Positions 18,911 to 31,513 of a stretch of DNA of 64,000 bases are shown here, piece by piece (the stretch's first letter is position 1; every line of letters starts with the position of its first letter). Source of the DNA: Thalia democratica. Taxonomy: Eukaryota. Location of the stretch: NCBI GenBank assembly GCA_965202585.1, contig OZ241829.1:19902001-19966000 (forward strand), in the 5' to 3' direction. The translations under genes were made by a program, and so were the position numbers. Under the pieces are notes generated by a model. It was not told where the DNA came from and did no database searches. It saw nothing but the letters and a program-made list of their open reading frames with translations.

Positions 18911-20689
18911 TTTTTAATAAATTTAAATAAAATAATCAAACTAAATCAATGATTGTAAGAAACTAACACAAAAGAGTAATCTAAAAAATTAAATCTGAAG
19001 CTAAAAAAGTAAATACAAAAAAATAGAAGTCTACTTAATAAATACATGAAAAGTTATAGAAAAAATTAACAAATTCAAATAAAATACTTAACTATTAAAT
19101 GTAAAATAATATGTACATTATTGATAGAGTAAACAATTGACTATATTGTACTATTTTCTGAGCAATTTATGTACTATTTTAAAAAACTAAAGACAATATA
19201 AAAAACAAATATTAAATAAAAACTAAGTAAATAAAAGTATGATTATATTTAAAAAAAATGTCATTATAAAACATCTTTTTTGTAATTTGTAAATTTGTTT
19301 TAAATATTAAATGTGTATGGTACTAATAACAACATGTACATTATTAAGACATTAAAATTACAAATTCAAACATTAAAAACTTTTTAAAAAGTTATTTTTT
19401 TAAATAAATGCTTTTTTAAAAGTGTAAATAGTAAATATTATTAAAATTTAAATATAAACCCAAATAGTTACAGTTAACTAAACTAACTTATTTAACCTAA
19501 ACTAATTTAAAACAAGTATTATGAACAAAATTTATGTTTATTTAGTTCCTCCAAGTTTATTTATTTGTTCTATTCTTAGTAATATTTCTCAAAATCAGTG
19601 GCAACTAGCAAAATTTCAAGCAACAGAAAATAAACATTCTATGAAAATAGTTACAATTCAACTAAAACTTACTAACACTATTAGCACTAAAACACTGTAC
19701 ATAGTTTTATACATTATAGACTATGGGTCACAATCGGAGTTGAATTGAAGTACTAAAAGGACTATAATTCATATTACATTTTCTCCTAACTTAGCTAAAA
19801 AAGTTAAGCTCTTTTTTTGTTAAAAAAACTAAAAAATTACTCTTGGATAGACAGCTACAATTAGTGCAGTTTTATTTTTATCTATTGTATAGAAAGTCTG
19901 ATTGGGTAATTTAATTTTAAATCCTAAATTAGAACTGACTCTCTAAGTGTATTTTAATAAGAATGGGAAAAAGTGTTAAAAACTTTAAAACAAGTCATTT
20001 ATGTTTTATTTTTGTAGATTATTTAGTACTATGATATATTTCTAGACTTTTTGCTACAACCGAATTCGTACATATAAGTTATAATAATTAGAATAACTAG
20101 TATTTTTATGAAGTAAAAAAACAATAAAAATTATCATATTTCAAGTATTGAAAAAGCATATAAGTTTGAAAGCCTTAAGGGCTTACAAACTAATATGTTC
20201 ATTCAATATTTATTTATATAATATATGTTTTAAGTTTTCAACAAAACAAACAAAACTATTACTCTAGTCAAATACAATAATTTACAGATTGTAGAAACAA
20301 ATTACAATTTATTTTCAGGTTAAATAATTTTAAAATATAGAAAAAATAACTAAAAAAGTTTAAATAAGTAACTTAGAAACTAACTAAAACTTAACTTAGT
20401 TTGTAAGACTTATTACATAATTGTTTTTTTTTGTTAATAGGTCCTAGGACCAATTAACTTGAGCTCTTTTTTAATTTTCAATAAATAATGTTTTTAATAC
20501 TTTCAGTTCTTTATCGTGATCGATACTTTAAAACTGTTAGATCCAGTCTTTACTCAATTATGATGTATATATAATTCGTTTTTTATAATTAATAGATAAA
20601 TAAATAAAAAACTGATACTCATCTTGTAGGCAACTCCTATTGCAAATTTTAAAAGAATTGCACAATATAAGGCTGTTAAACTTAAGTTA

Positions 20690-22500
20690 TTCGTGACCAT
20701 AGTAGTCACTCATATTTGCTAAGTCAGCAAAAATAACATCTTTTTTAAATGTTTTGTTTTAATTTTAACTATTTAAACTTTGATTTTTTGCTTAATTTTT
20801 ATTGTTTTCAAATAAGGTGGAATATAAAAAAATGAATAAAAGTTTCTTTTAAATAACTTTCTGAATCAGCAAAAATGCAAATCAGACTAATCTTTAGGTT
20901 TACTTACCCAATATATGTACAATATAGAAACTTAACATAGTTGTTCCTTTGTTTATTACAAAAAATGTTGCACTTCATTATATTTTTAAGAAATTTTACT
21001 TAGACAATCAAAGTTTTATCAAGACAGGAACACTGAAAAGTATTGCAACCCAAGTTTCACTATTTATTACAAAAAGTACTTGAACATAAATCGTTTGTTT
21101 GATAAAGGTGCTACTTATCTAGTATTTATATACAAACGAAACACAAACTTCTCAACACAAGTAGAGACCAAAATAAGGCAGAGTTTTAAAACAAACGTAC
21201 GAAAATTTAAAAGAACTTATTGAGTGTCTCATACATGCTCCAAAATCAAAATAACAAGCTTAAAATGATGGACTACAAATCCAAAAATTTGAAACTACTT
21301 TTCCACATTATAATATTCTTACCCTTATAAATTTAATATTGCGCTTTTCGAAATTTACCCATTAAAGATGGTAAACTGTCCTTCCCCTGTCGCCGTTTCG
21401 TTTTGTTGGAGATCAAGTTAAGATACATACAAAATGTATTCCTACTATAAAGCCTTTAGTTATACCGTATAATTAATTAAATTAACATAAACGAACTAAT
21501 GTTGTTATATTTTGAAAAGAATTTCCAGATTAAACCAGATTTATCAGTTTGAAAACAATTTTTGATACATAGCATCACAAATATAGTCAGCTAATATTAA
21601 CAATGTCTAAAATTATACACATCTACTATGGATATAGGTGTTTTTTTATTACTTATATATGTACTAACTAAACGCAACTTTTCTACACAACTAAAAATCA
21701 AAATAAAGTAAAGCATTAACACGTACGTATGAAAATAATAAAAACCGAGTAAATGTTTTGCACAATTTCCAAACTCATAAAGAAAAAACGAAAAAATAAT
21801 ACAGAAAGAAACAGACTACAAATAAAAAATTGTTGATTATCGTACGTATAATCAAATCCTCATTTTTTTAGTTACTCTTCAACCATTCAAACCTCTTTCT
21901 TATTCATTTCTCAGCTGTACAATGTGGCGATTTCCGAAATTTACCCACTGGGGATGGTACACTGCACTTCCCCTGTCCCCGTCTTCTGCTACGTTGAAAT
22001 AATACCTCCTTTAGATAATGAAATATATAGTAAATTATATTGAAATAATAATAAATTGAAATAAACAAGTATTTAGAAAATAAAAAAACTGACAATATAA
22101 GAAAGTTAAATATAAAACCTCTTCTCTCCGTGACCCGGATGTAGAGTGATAAAATAGATCTTTGTCACGTGACACGCCTTTTCTCCTTCGATCTCATTCA
22201 TGGCGAACATGAAATTATACTCCTCCTCGTCGATCTCAAAATCCTCCTCATCTTCGTCCAACTCATCCATCTGGAAGGTCACTCCTCGGAGGGAGAAGGA
22301 CAGTTCTCCCGGGATTTCCATTTCTATGTTTAAGATGCGGGCGGGGATATCGTTTTCGACGAGACCGCATCCGAGGTAGACAGCGTCGTAGACGATCTCC
22401 TTGCCTTTTTTGAAGGACTCGATGTGCTCGGTCATAATTTTAGACGCTGAAAAGATTAATACAAGTTTAGTTAGAGTCATATCAATTACCTTTAGTTACC
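20690..22500. repeat. Segmental duplication, direct repeat of about 54215-55950 (third partial copy at about 46270-46805)
   Basis: Collinear shared blocks such as TAAGGTGGAATAT, AATGCAAATCAGACT, GTCTCATAC and ATTAAACCAGATTTATCA, plus both exons of the orphan gene. Confidence 0.85.
21900..22435 (-). CDS. Two-exon orphan gene, 141 aa, weakly PTB/PH-fold-like with an acidic loop (copy 1, intact)
   Basis: Exon 22119-22435 (MTEHIESF...HPGHGEK) splices through a 110-nt GT-AG intron (22009-22118) to exon 21900-22008 (RRYYFNVAEDG...QLRNE*). The exons are GC-rich islands. A TTTTCAG acceptor lies 11 nt upstream of the ATG, so an upstream exon is possible. The gene model is firmer than the domain call. 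Confidence 0.75.
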
Positions 22501-24443
22501 ATAAGACATTGTTTACACTTAATAGTAATTTTTTAGAGTAGATTTTCTAAATAAAACTTTATTTTTTATTATACTACTATATCTACAGTTACTATATTTT
22601 ACTATTAGTTGATTAAACAGCTGCATTTGTACAGTACAAGCAAACTAAAATTTCAAAAAGCGAAACACAGTCATATTTAACCTATAATTCCCAACGTATA
22701 TAAAAATTTAATATTGTCAACATCAAATCGAATCATTTGAAACAAATTTATCTTATACTAAACTTTGTTGTAACTGTGACACTTTTTGTTAAAAATTTAA
22801 TCTTTCATGGTAAAGTTAGTTTTTATTTCAAACTGTTTTTATTAAAAGAATTTTTAATGTATATTGTTTGCATAGATCTACATCATAAAAGTGTTACTTA
22901 TAAAATCTCATGATAGTTTGTTTTTCAGTCTATAAGCAGTATAAAAGAAAAAAAAGCCTATTTTGACCTCAAATACCTTTGAAAGCTATTAAAAATTAAA
23001 CTATGCTGTATTTATGTACAGTTTTATGTAAAAAAATATTTTAATGTCATATGGTTCTTATAGTTTAATAAGTTATAAGTTAAACTAATATTTAGACTAG
23101 TCACAACAATTTCGTATAAATTTTCATTTAGTTTTTTGATTACTGATAAATCAAGTTAGTTATTGTATTTAACGGACGAAAATAAGCTTATTTATTTTAT
23201 AATGTAAGTTAAGTTAACAAATTTTGTTTAAACCTGATAATAAATTATTTGAAAAAATTTTATGAATAAAGTTTTATATTTTTATAAAAATTTTAATTCA
23301 GTTACTATAAACAAATTATTAAAAGGCATTAATAACTTTAAGAAAAAAAAAAACAGTTTTCTAATATATAAAAACAAGCTATTTACATTAAAAACTCTAT
23401 AAGTCAATATATGCTTCTTCAGTTAATCTATAAAAAAAAACTGATACTTAATTGTTAAAGTAAAACTAAATGTCATATGTACAAAACGTAATTTAATTTG
23501 AATATAATTTTAATTATTTTTTGAATAGTGAGTGTATTTCAAGCAACCAAATTTCTACTTTAAACTATACATATTGTGAGTATAATAAAAATAGTTATAG
23601 GTCGTAATTATGAGAGCCTCCAAAGACGACAAAAACAAATTTATATTCACAATTATTCAAACTAAATTTTTTAATGTAAAGTTCAGTTATTTTAATTTTT
23701 AGAATATTGTTTTTTGAATCAATTTCAAAGTTATTTCGAACAAACAATTAGTAATTCACTACTTTTTATATAAAACTATGAAGCTTACATTAAAAAATAC
23801 AAATTAAATGAAGCTTAAACGTTTTTTAATTGGTCTAAAAATCTATATATTTTTTTTAAAGCAACATAGTTTTATCTATAATAACTTAAAATATAAAAGC
23901 TTGCATATTAAACAAAAAGTTTCTTTTGGGTTTCATTTCCAATTGTTAGAACTTTATTTATTAACTCAATTTTATACACTTTTACAAAAATAACTGAAAA
24001 TTTACTGCTTAATTTATATTACTTCAAAGGTTCAAAAGTACTGATATTTTAAATAATTTTGGATAAGGTTGAAGCGTTTTTTTAAATTGGTCGAAAAGTC
24101 ATTGTTTATTTCTTTTTACCCAACAGAGTTTTATCTAGTTAATTCAAAATATAAAAACTTGCAGTTTGAACAAAAGTAGGTACTCGGAAATTTCGAACAA
24201 AAGTGGAAGTTTTTTGGGTAAAAAATGCGTACTCGACGGGAAAAGCTCACCATAAAATGTGTTCTTGGAGAAAAGTGATTATTGTTAAAATTAAAGTATT
24301 CATAAAAGTAACTAGGAAATTTTAATGATACAGTTTTAGCTATCGATTTTAGTTTGTAATAAGTACTATTCTATTTTTGGTATCACTATGAAGTAGTTTT
24401 GTTTATGATTTTTAAGTTTAAGAATTTTTCGTTGTATTTAAAA

Positions 24444-24783
24444 CCGGGTTTCCCAAACTGAATCATAAAGGTTCAGTCAGGTGTATTCACATAAGGAAAT
24501 TTAGATGACCACGCGAAGTAAAGGGGCTACAGGGGGCAACTAGACCATAACTTGAAACTCGCACTTGATATTCTTGACTTGATGGTGGAGAGCAATATAA
24601 AAAGGAATGGTGTCATTAAGGGAAGTTTTGTAACTCATACTAAAAATTATGCAGTTGATAGTATAGCAAAACAAAAAGTTTTCAAATGAATTTAAGGGTA
24701 GTTTTTTGAGAAGTATTTTTGGAGGGGCCATAGCTTTTTGATTTCTTTAAAGGGGCCTTATGAAAAAAAAGTTGAAAACTGTG
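24444..24783. mobile_element. Old hAT/Charlie-like MITE embedded in the duplicated flank unit
   Basis: CCGGGTTTCCCAAACTG ... AAGTTGAAAACTGTG. Homologous copies lie in flank units near 28855-29110, 32390-32620 and 43335-43530. Confidence 0.5.
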
Positions 24784-26061
24784 ATTAAAAATATTTAAAG
24801 ATTTTTCTATTTAATTTTATCACTAATGCTTACTTTTAAAAACATTAACCTTTATAACACTTTAAATTAATCGAAGGTTAAGCTTTAACATCAAAAAAGT
24901 AGTAATAATTTCAAGTTATTCTAAAACTAATTAACACTTATTTACTAAAAACCGTATAAAATTAAACAAACTTAAGACTAATGTTTAATTGTGTATAGTT
25001 AAAACATATTTAGTCTTTTTATAGAAAAAACTTTATATGAAAAACAAACTACATTAAATATATTGTATTAAAACAATGACTAATTTTTCAAAAAACATAT
25101 TTCTGCAAAAAATATATTGGAATTTTTTAATTAAGTAACTAGTTGTGTTTAAATAAACTTAGAGCATGATAAAAAAAGCTTTACATACAAACTAAGTATT
25201 TTTAAATAGAAATAGAAATTAGGAAAAAAATACTACTTTTGTAAATATACTTCTTTACTTATTTATTAATAACATTGATTTAAAAAGTTAAAAAAAAGAA
25301 AAAAACAGATAAAAAGTGTGTATGGTTTTTTCTTTACTTTTAAAATATAGTTCTTTAACGTACGTTTTAAACCATTGGGTTATATGAAAAAATTAGATTT
25401 CAAAATACTTAAACAAATGCTTTATTTTTTTATTATCTTTACTCTGTTGTAGCTATTAAAAGTATAAACATCATAATGTCGCCACAATAACAAGTTATGT
25501 CGTATAATTGAAAACCCATTAGTTTGAATTATCACACGTGACAAGACGACTTAGCTGATCAGTAAATATTTCAAATAGAAATTTTTAAGCAACAAAACCT
25601 CAGATTTTCAGTAATACTTGAACTACGAATTGTTACAAACTTTTTTTTTATTACTTTATAAAAAAACATATAAGTGTGTTCTAACAAAGTTCAAATTGTA
25701 TTTATCAAATTAATTATGCAAATAGCTTTTGAAATATTTAGAGAGTTGATTAATTTTCATAACATTAAACATTTAATGTTACTAATAAAATAGTATTTAT
25801 ACTTTCCGGGACAAAACGTTTAACTGTGTCCGAGTAGTGGAAGACCGGATATAAAAAATATTTCTCGAATATTTTATTTTACTAAGACCAAATCTTTTTG
25901 AACGTTATGTTTTGCCGATCAATAAACTATCGCAAGTGTACATTTATCAATTAAGAAATTACAACATATGCTTAATAAACTAATTAAAAAGAGACTCCTT
26001 CAAAATAAGACAGTTTATTGAAGCATAACAAAACTAAACACATCAACTTATACTCACTATG

Positions 26062-26616
26062 TCAATTATCGTACACAATAACAAGACGTTTCAACAAAAC
26101 AAATAATACATACTGATGCAACCGAGGTTTACTTAATACACAATACAATACGATTCCGTTTTCAGCCTGACACTGAAACAGATTCAAATTTTCATCTAGC
26201 AAATTCCCATTGTTATCTTGTTTGGACAAGCCATTTACTTGTAACCTTGAATCATTAATAATACGCTGCTTGACCGCAGCAATCAAATCAAACCTGATAG
26301 AAGATAGTTTGCAAGCACATCTTCTTCCATCACGATCGGAAGGCAAAATGACGTAGAAATGCGCCCAAGTAGAAAATTCCCCTGTTGTGAGAATGAGTTC
26401 GGCCTTCGGGGTGCCCTGAACAAAACGGTGATTATCTTCGCACAAACTCAAACCAAAACCCTGTTGTAGCTTGTCAGGATAATAAAACAAACGTTGGTCT
26501 ATAACTGGTACGCCGACAGTATCACAAAACCTTTGTTTGATTTCACGCACAGTGATGGGCAAACTGATGACGTTACATGTAACTGTTTTAACTTCTAAAT
26601 GTATTACCAATTGCAT
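26062..26616 (-). CDS. Tandem di-ubiquitin-like protein, copy A, 184 aa, long form with hydrophobic tail
   Basis: Ubiquitin-like patterns occur twice: MQLVI..TVREIKQR..GVP..QRLFY..ELIL and FYVI..D.IAAVKQRI..GNLLDEN..L..ENG..LYCVL. There is no C-terminal GG; the protein ends HQYVLFVLLKRLVIVYDN. Confidence 0.75.
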   Translation of the reverse strand: MQLVIHLEVKTVTCNVISLPITVREIKQRFCDTVGVPVIDQRLFYYPDKLQQGFGLSLCEDNHRFVQGTPKAELILTTGEFSTWAHFYVILPSDRDGRRCACKLSSIRFDLIAAVKQRIINDSRLQVNGLSKQDNNGNLLDENLNLFQCQAENGIVLYCVLSKPRLHQYVLFVLLKRLVIVYDN

Positions 26617-29161
26617 CTTAACAAACCTTCAAAAATTATAAATGTTTACCGATACTGATTAAAAACTTGATTTACACTTAACTTTATTTACCCTATATGA
26701 CCTAGATGATAAATATTATAACTTTTTAACTGACATAACTATTAAGTTTATTTAAAATTAAAAGTGTTAACTCAAAAGATGTTATAAAAACTGCTAAAAT
26801 TTACAAAAACCGTCATTAATACATTACCTAGATTCCACATAATAATTTTGATACTTTTTAAATAAAAATAGTTTTAGGCCATTCAATACGTGATTAGTAC
26901 TAGTTTTAAGTTTTTTTTCTAAAAATTGTAGATCAAAGCTTCAATAAATAAATAAAAGTAAGGTTTAAGTAGTAGTTTAACTAAGTTAAGATAGTTTTTT
27001 TTTCTTTAAAGTAAAAACAAAATTATTATATATTTTAAAAATTATGCTCGAAAAAAAGGTAATAAATAGATCTTGTATTAAAATTATGTTAAATTTTAAT
27101 ATTAATGGAAATATTGTAAATTGTAAGAAATTTCAACAAGATATCTAAATAACTTAGCTGATACAATACAAAGTTAATTTGTGCCAGTTTATTAAAAATT
27201 AATAAACGAATGTGTCGTTTGACATATTTTAATCTTAAAACTGTCACTAATGCATAATTTGTTTATACAATAACTATTACCACATTTAAAGTATAAATTA
27301 TAAGCAAAACAAATTAACAAAAAAATATGTAACAAAATTCTTTTTTTTCAGGATATTTCTTTGACTTTGCTTCTCTAAAAATCCTGTTGATATTTCAAAA
27401 TTAAAAATTTTCGTTAGAATATATATATATAATTTATAGCAGTTTTGTTTATTTAAAGTCAACTATCGTTTACGTAAAACTTTCATAACTATTTTCTACA
27501 TGTTATAACATTTTATATAAAAATAATTAATCACATTATTGTTTATTAAACATCGATTTTGAATAAAAGAAAAAATAAAACAAAAACTTTTATTTTGAAA
27601 ATTTAGTTTTTTAGTTGTGAAATGTAAATTGGTTGATATATTATTACACAGTCTTCTGGCTAAAATATATTTTTGTTTAATTTGTTTGGTATAAAGTTTA
27701 TAGTTTCTTATTATTGGAACAGTTCTAACATGCACGAAGACATTTTTGCACGAAGGGTCAATTATGCACGAAAACAATTTAACACGAGCAATTTATGTTG
27801 CTATGATTCAACAAACTGTTTTGATTATCGAAAATCTTCATAAAATATAACAAAAACTCCATAATATCTAATATAAGTTTATAAACTACCCTTAAGTACA
27901 CCTGAGAAAATCATGTTTTTAACGAGAGCAAAAATCTCTTAAACTAAATATCATGAACAAAACTACTTACAAAAAATGAAATAGTACTTTAAATTATCTA
28001 AAACCGAACACTAAAACTGTGCTATTAAGTACATCCTACTTGCTTCACTAAGTAATTTAATTTTAACAATAATAACCTTTATCTTGAGTACAAATGAAGC
28101 TTGATTAAATTATTTAAAGTAAAGTTTAAGTACTAGGTTACTTGATTAAATTATTTAAATTAAAGTATAATTTTAAAAGATTAAACTAAACTATATATAT
28201 ATACTACTTAGTTGTTAAAGTAAAAAAAAAACTTCTTAACTATAAAACGCTCTAAATTATTATTAATATTATTTAAATTTAATTAGTTTTGAATAGTGAT
28301 TGTAATTCAAGCAACCATTTTTCTATCTTTAGCTATACTTATTATGAGTATAATAATATAGTTGAATATCAAAGTTATGAGTGCCTTAATAAACGAAAAA
28401 AAAAAAGAGTTTATACTCACAGTTATTTACAATATATTTTTTAAATGTAAAGTTCAAACATTTTAAAAGTTAGTATAATACTTATTACTTCAATATTAAA
28501 AAGTTCTTACAAAAATAACTAAAAATAAATTAACTTATTTCTTATTACTATGAAGCTTCAAAAAGTGTTGAATTTGAAAATAATATAAATCAAAAGGGTT
28601 TAAACGTTTTTAAAATTGGTTTAAAATTGATCGTTTATTGTTCTTACTAAAAGCGTTTTATTTAGTTTTTACTTAAGAAAAAAGCTATTATTGTTAAAAC
28701 TAAATTTTCTAGTGAAGCAACTAAGATTTTTTAATGATATAGTTTTAGCGTTCGGTTTAAGTTTATATGAAGTACTGTTTGATTTTTGGTATCACTGTGA
28801 AGTAGTTATGTTTATGATTTTTAAGTTTCTGAATATTTTTGCTCGTCTCTAAAACAGTTTTTTCAAAATTGAATCATTTATAATCAGTCAGGTTTAGTCG
28901 TATTACAGAAGTTTAGGGGCCATTAATAATAAAGAGGCCACATGGGGGTTATGATACCATAGTTTGAAACTTACACTAGATAGGTTTGACGGTGAACAGC
29001 AAAAAACAAAGGTCTCAGGTGTATACAAGGGTATTTTTTTATAGAAATCGTTCCGGAGATGGCAGTAGCTTATTTTATTTCTTTAAAAAAGTCCTTATGG
29101 AAATAAAGTTAGGTAGATTCTAATTTAAAACATTTAAATTTGTTTTCCAACTCTATTTTAC

Positions 29162-30227
29162 TAGTGATGTGCCGGACTTACTATCCGGATCCGGCTGGAT
29201 ATTTCCATTTTTGTCTGATTTCCGGATCCGGCCGTATTCCAATTTGATAAAAAAGTCCGGATCCGGTTTCGGCCGGATTCTAATTTGAAAAAAAGTCCAG
29301 ATCCGGTTCCGGCCGGATCTTAACATAGATCCGGCCGATTCGGATCTAGTTAGTAAAAAAGAGCATACAAAAAAGTATTTTTTTAAAAACAAATTCTTTG
29401 TAAATTAAAAAGAGTCATTTTCGTCTGTTAAAATTAAACACCTACCATGATTGGCTAGATTTGAACACATGACTAATTTACATTTGTTTACATTTAAACT
29501 ATGAAATAAAAATTTAAGAAATGCAACTCTTTACCTATGTTGTATAATTAAAAACTTTACTACCAAATTGTTAGGCTAGTTTTAAGATTTTTTGAAAAAC
29601 TCAGGCTAGTTTTCTTTTAGATTTTAAATGAGTTTAAGCTGATCCAGTTTTCAATATTTTGTGATTTTCTAGTTAATTTTGTTCAAGAACTTGATTTTAA
29701 TTGATTTTAAATTGGTAAGGCTATAGGGGGAGGGGGGGGTCCTCCTTGATTTTTACAAGTTGATCTTATCTTATAGATTTTAATCTTAGCTACCAGATAT
29801 TGTTCCTGTGATGTACTTTATCTCTCTATCAGTTTTCCTTATACTAAATTTAAAGTTATTCATAGTTTTTTTAGCTTTTATAGAAATGAAATTTTGAAAC
29901 TACAAATGTAAGCTCTACTTTTTATGTGAAAACTAGTAATGTGCCGGACTCACTATCCGGGTCCGGATCCGGCCGGATATTGCCATTTTTGTCTGATATC
30001 CGGATCCGGCCAGATCTTGATATGAAAAAAAAATCCGGATCTGGTTCCAGCCGGATTCTAATTTGAAAAAAAAGTCTGAATCCGGTTCCGGCCGGATCCT
30101 AATTTGAAAAAAAAAGTCCGGATCTGGTTCCGGCCGGATTCTAATTTGAAAAATAAAGTCCAGATCCGGTTCCGGCCGGATACAAATTTGAAAAAAAAAG
30201 TCCGGTTCCGGATCTGGTACATCAATA
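29162..30227. mobile_element. Non-autonomous hAT element (TAGTGATG ends, CCGGAT-rich subterminal repeats) with an internally duplicated end
   Basis: Starts TAGTGATGTGCCGGAC, restarts at 29934 and ends GGTACATCAATA. Near-TSD TATTTTAC/TTTTTTAC. Paralogous flank units (e.g. near 32690) lack the insertion. Confidence 0.8.
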
Positions 30228-31021
30228 TTTTTTACTAATGCTTACTTTTAGAAACATTAATCTTAATCATTATTTTAAGGGGTTGAAAGTCAAGCTTTAC
30301 TACTAAAATAAAAATATAAAAATTTAAGTTTATTTTAAAACTAATTATAATTTAATAAAATTAATACTAAAATGTAGGGACACGTTCAAAATCAACTCGC
30401 GATTAAAATCCACCCTCGTGTAAATTCTATCCAATCAAAATCCACCCAGTCTAAACTCGATAACCACTTACTGATCAAACAATACTTTATATCGAATTGT
30501 TTTAAACTTTGTATATTTTTTTAGGTTACTTTGAAAAAATCATTTAGTATTATTTGTATTAAATTAAATTAAAATAGTATAGCGTTTAGTAAATGGACTT
30601 TATATAGAATTTTCTTAATTTAAAGTCATTAGTTTTTCATGACGTTGGAAATGTAATATTTCCAAACAAAAGTATTTTTACTATCCTGGTAATGACGCTA
30701 AGATGTATCCAAGTTGTGTAAGCCTTGATATAAAGAATACTTATCAAAATATATATTATTCCCAGGATCAAATACTTTTGACCACTTTGTTTTGTCAATC
30801 AATTAACAATTGAAACTATTATTTAAAGTGTATTTTTATCACTTAACAAACTACAACACAATATATACTTTAATTAATTAAAAAAAGACTCCTCGTAAAA
30901 AAAATAGTTTATTACAACAACACAAATACGTCAACTTATACTCACTATGTCAGTTATTAAACACAATAACAAGACATTTCAACAAAACAAAAAATACATA
31001 CTGGTGCAACCGAAGTTCACT

Positions 31022-31513
31022 TTATACACAATGCAATATGGCTCCGTTTCCTACCTTACTTTGAAACAGATTCGTATTTTCAACCAGCAAATTCCCATTG
31101 CATTCTTGTTTAGACAAGTCATATACTTGTAACTTTAAATCATTTATGACACGCTGCTTGACCATAGCAATCGAATCAAACCTGTTAGAAGATATTTTGC
31201 AAACACATCTTCTTCCGTCAGGATCACGTGGAAAAATGACGTAGAAATGCGCCCAAAAAGAAAATTCCCCTGATGTGAGAACAAGCTCGACTTTCGGGGT
31301 ACCCTGAACAAAACTTTCATCATCTTTGCACAAACGCAGACCAGGACCCTGTTGTGGCTCATGTGGATTCTCAGGATAATATAACAAACGTTGGTGTCTG
31401 ACTGGCACATCAAAACATTTAAATAATCTCTGTTTGATTTCAAGAACAGTAATGGGCACACTGATTTTGTTAAATTTAAATTTTCTAGCTTGTAAATGTA
31501 TTACCACTTGCAT
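31022..31513 (-). CDS. Di-UBL protein, copy B, 163 aa (TAA after LHCV; latent open tail 30950-31021)
   Basis: Clear paralog of copy A across the whole ORF. Confidence 0.72.
   Translation of the reverse strand: MQVVIHLQARKFKFNKISVPITVLEIKQRLFKCFDVPVRHQRLLYYPENPHEPQQGPGLRLCKDDESFVQGTPKVELVLTSGEFSFWAHFYVIFPRDPDGRRCVCKISSNRFDSIAMVKQRVINDLKLQVYDLSKQECNGNLLVENTNLFQSKVGNGAILHCV

Noticed and set aside
11000-20500. AT-rich short ORFs (7362, 7486, 15704, 19521, 23808, 33019, 45490, 56638 and similar) and hidden RNA genes
   Set aside because: Compositional ORFs rich in F/L/I/K/N; no tRNA, rRNA or snRNA signature was recognisable by eye.
22436-22480. Upstream MTLTKLVLIFS start of ORF 22106-22480 (and MFIINII start of 55529-55966)
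   Set aside because: These extensions lie in AT-rich sequence upstream of a TTTTCAG acceptor and are not conserved between paralogs; the ORF ends read into the intron.
29162-30227. CCGGATCCGG repeats as a CRISPR array, and ORF 29153-29392 as a gene
   Set aside because: Eukaryotic context, no unique spacers or cas genes; TIRs and TSD identify a hAT element and the ORF is repeat-derived.
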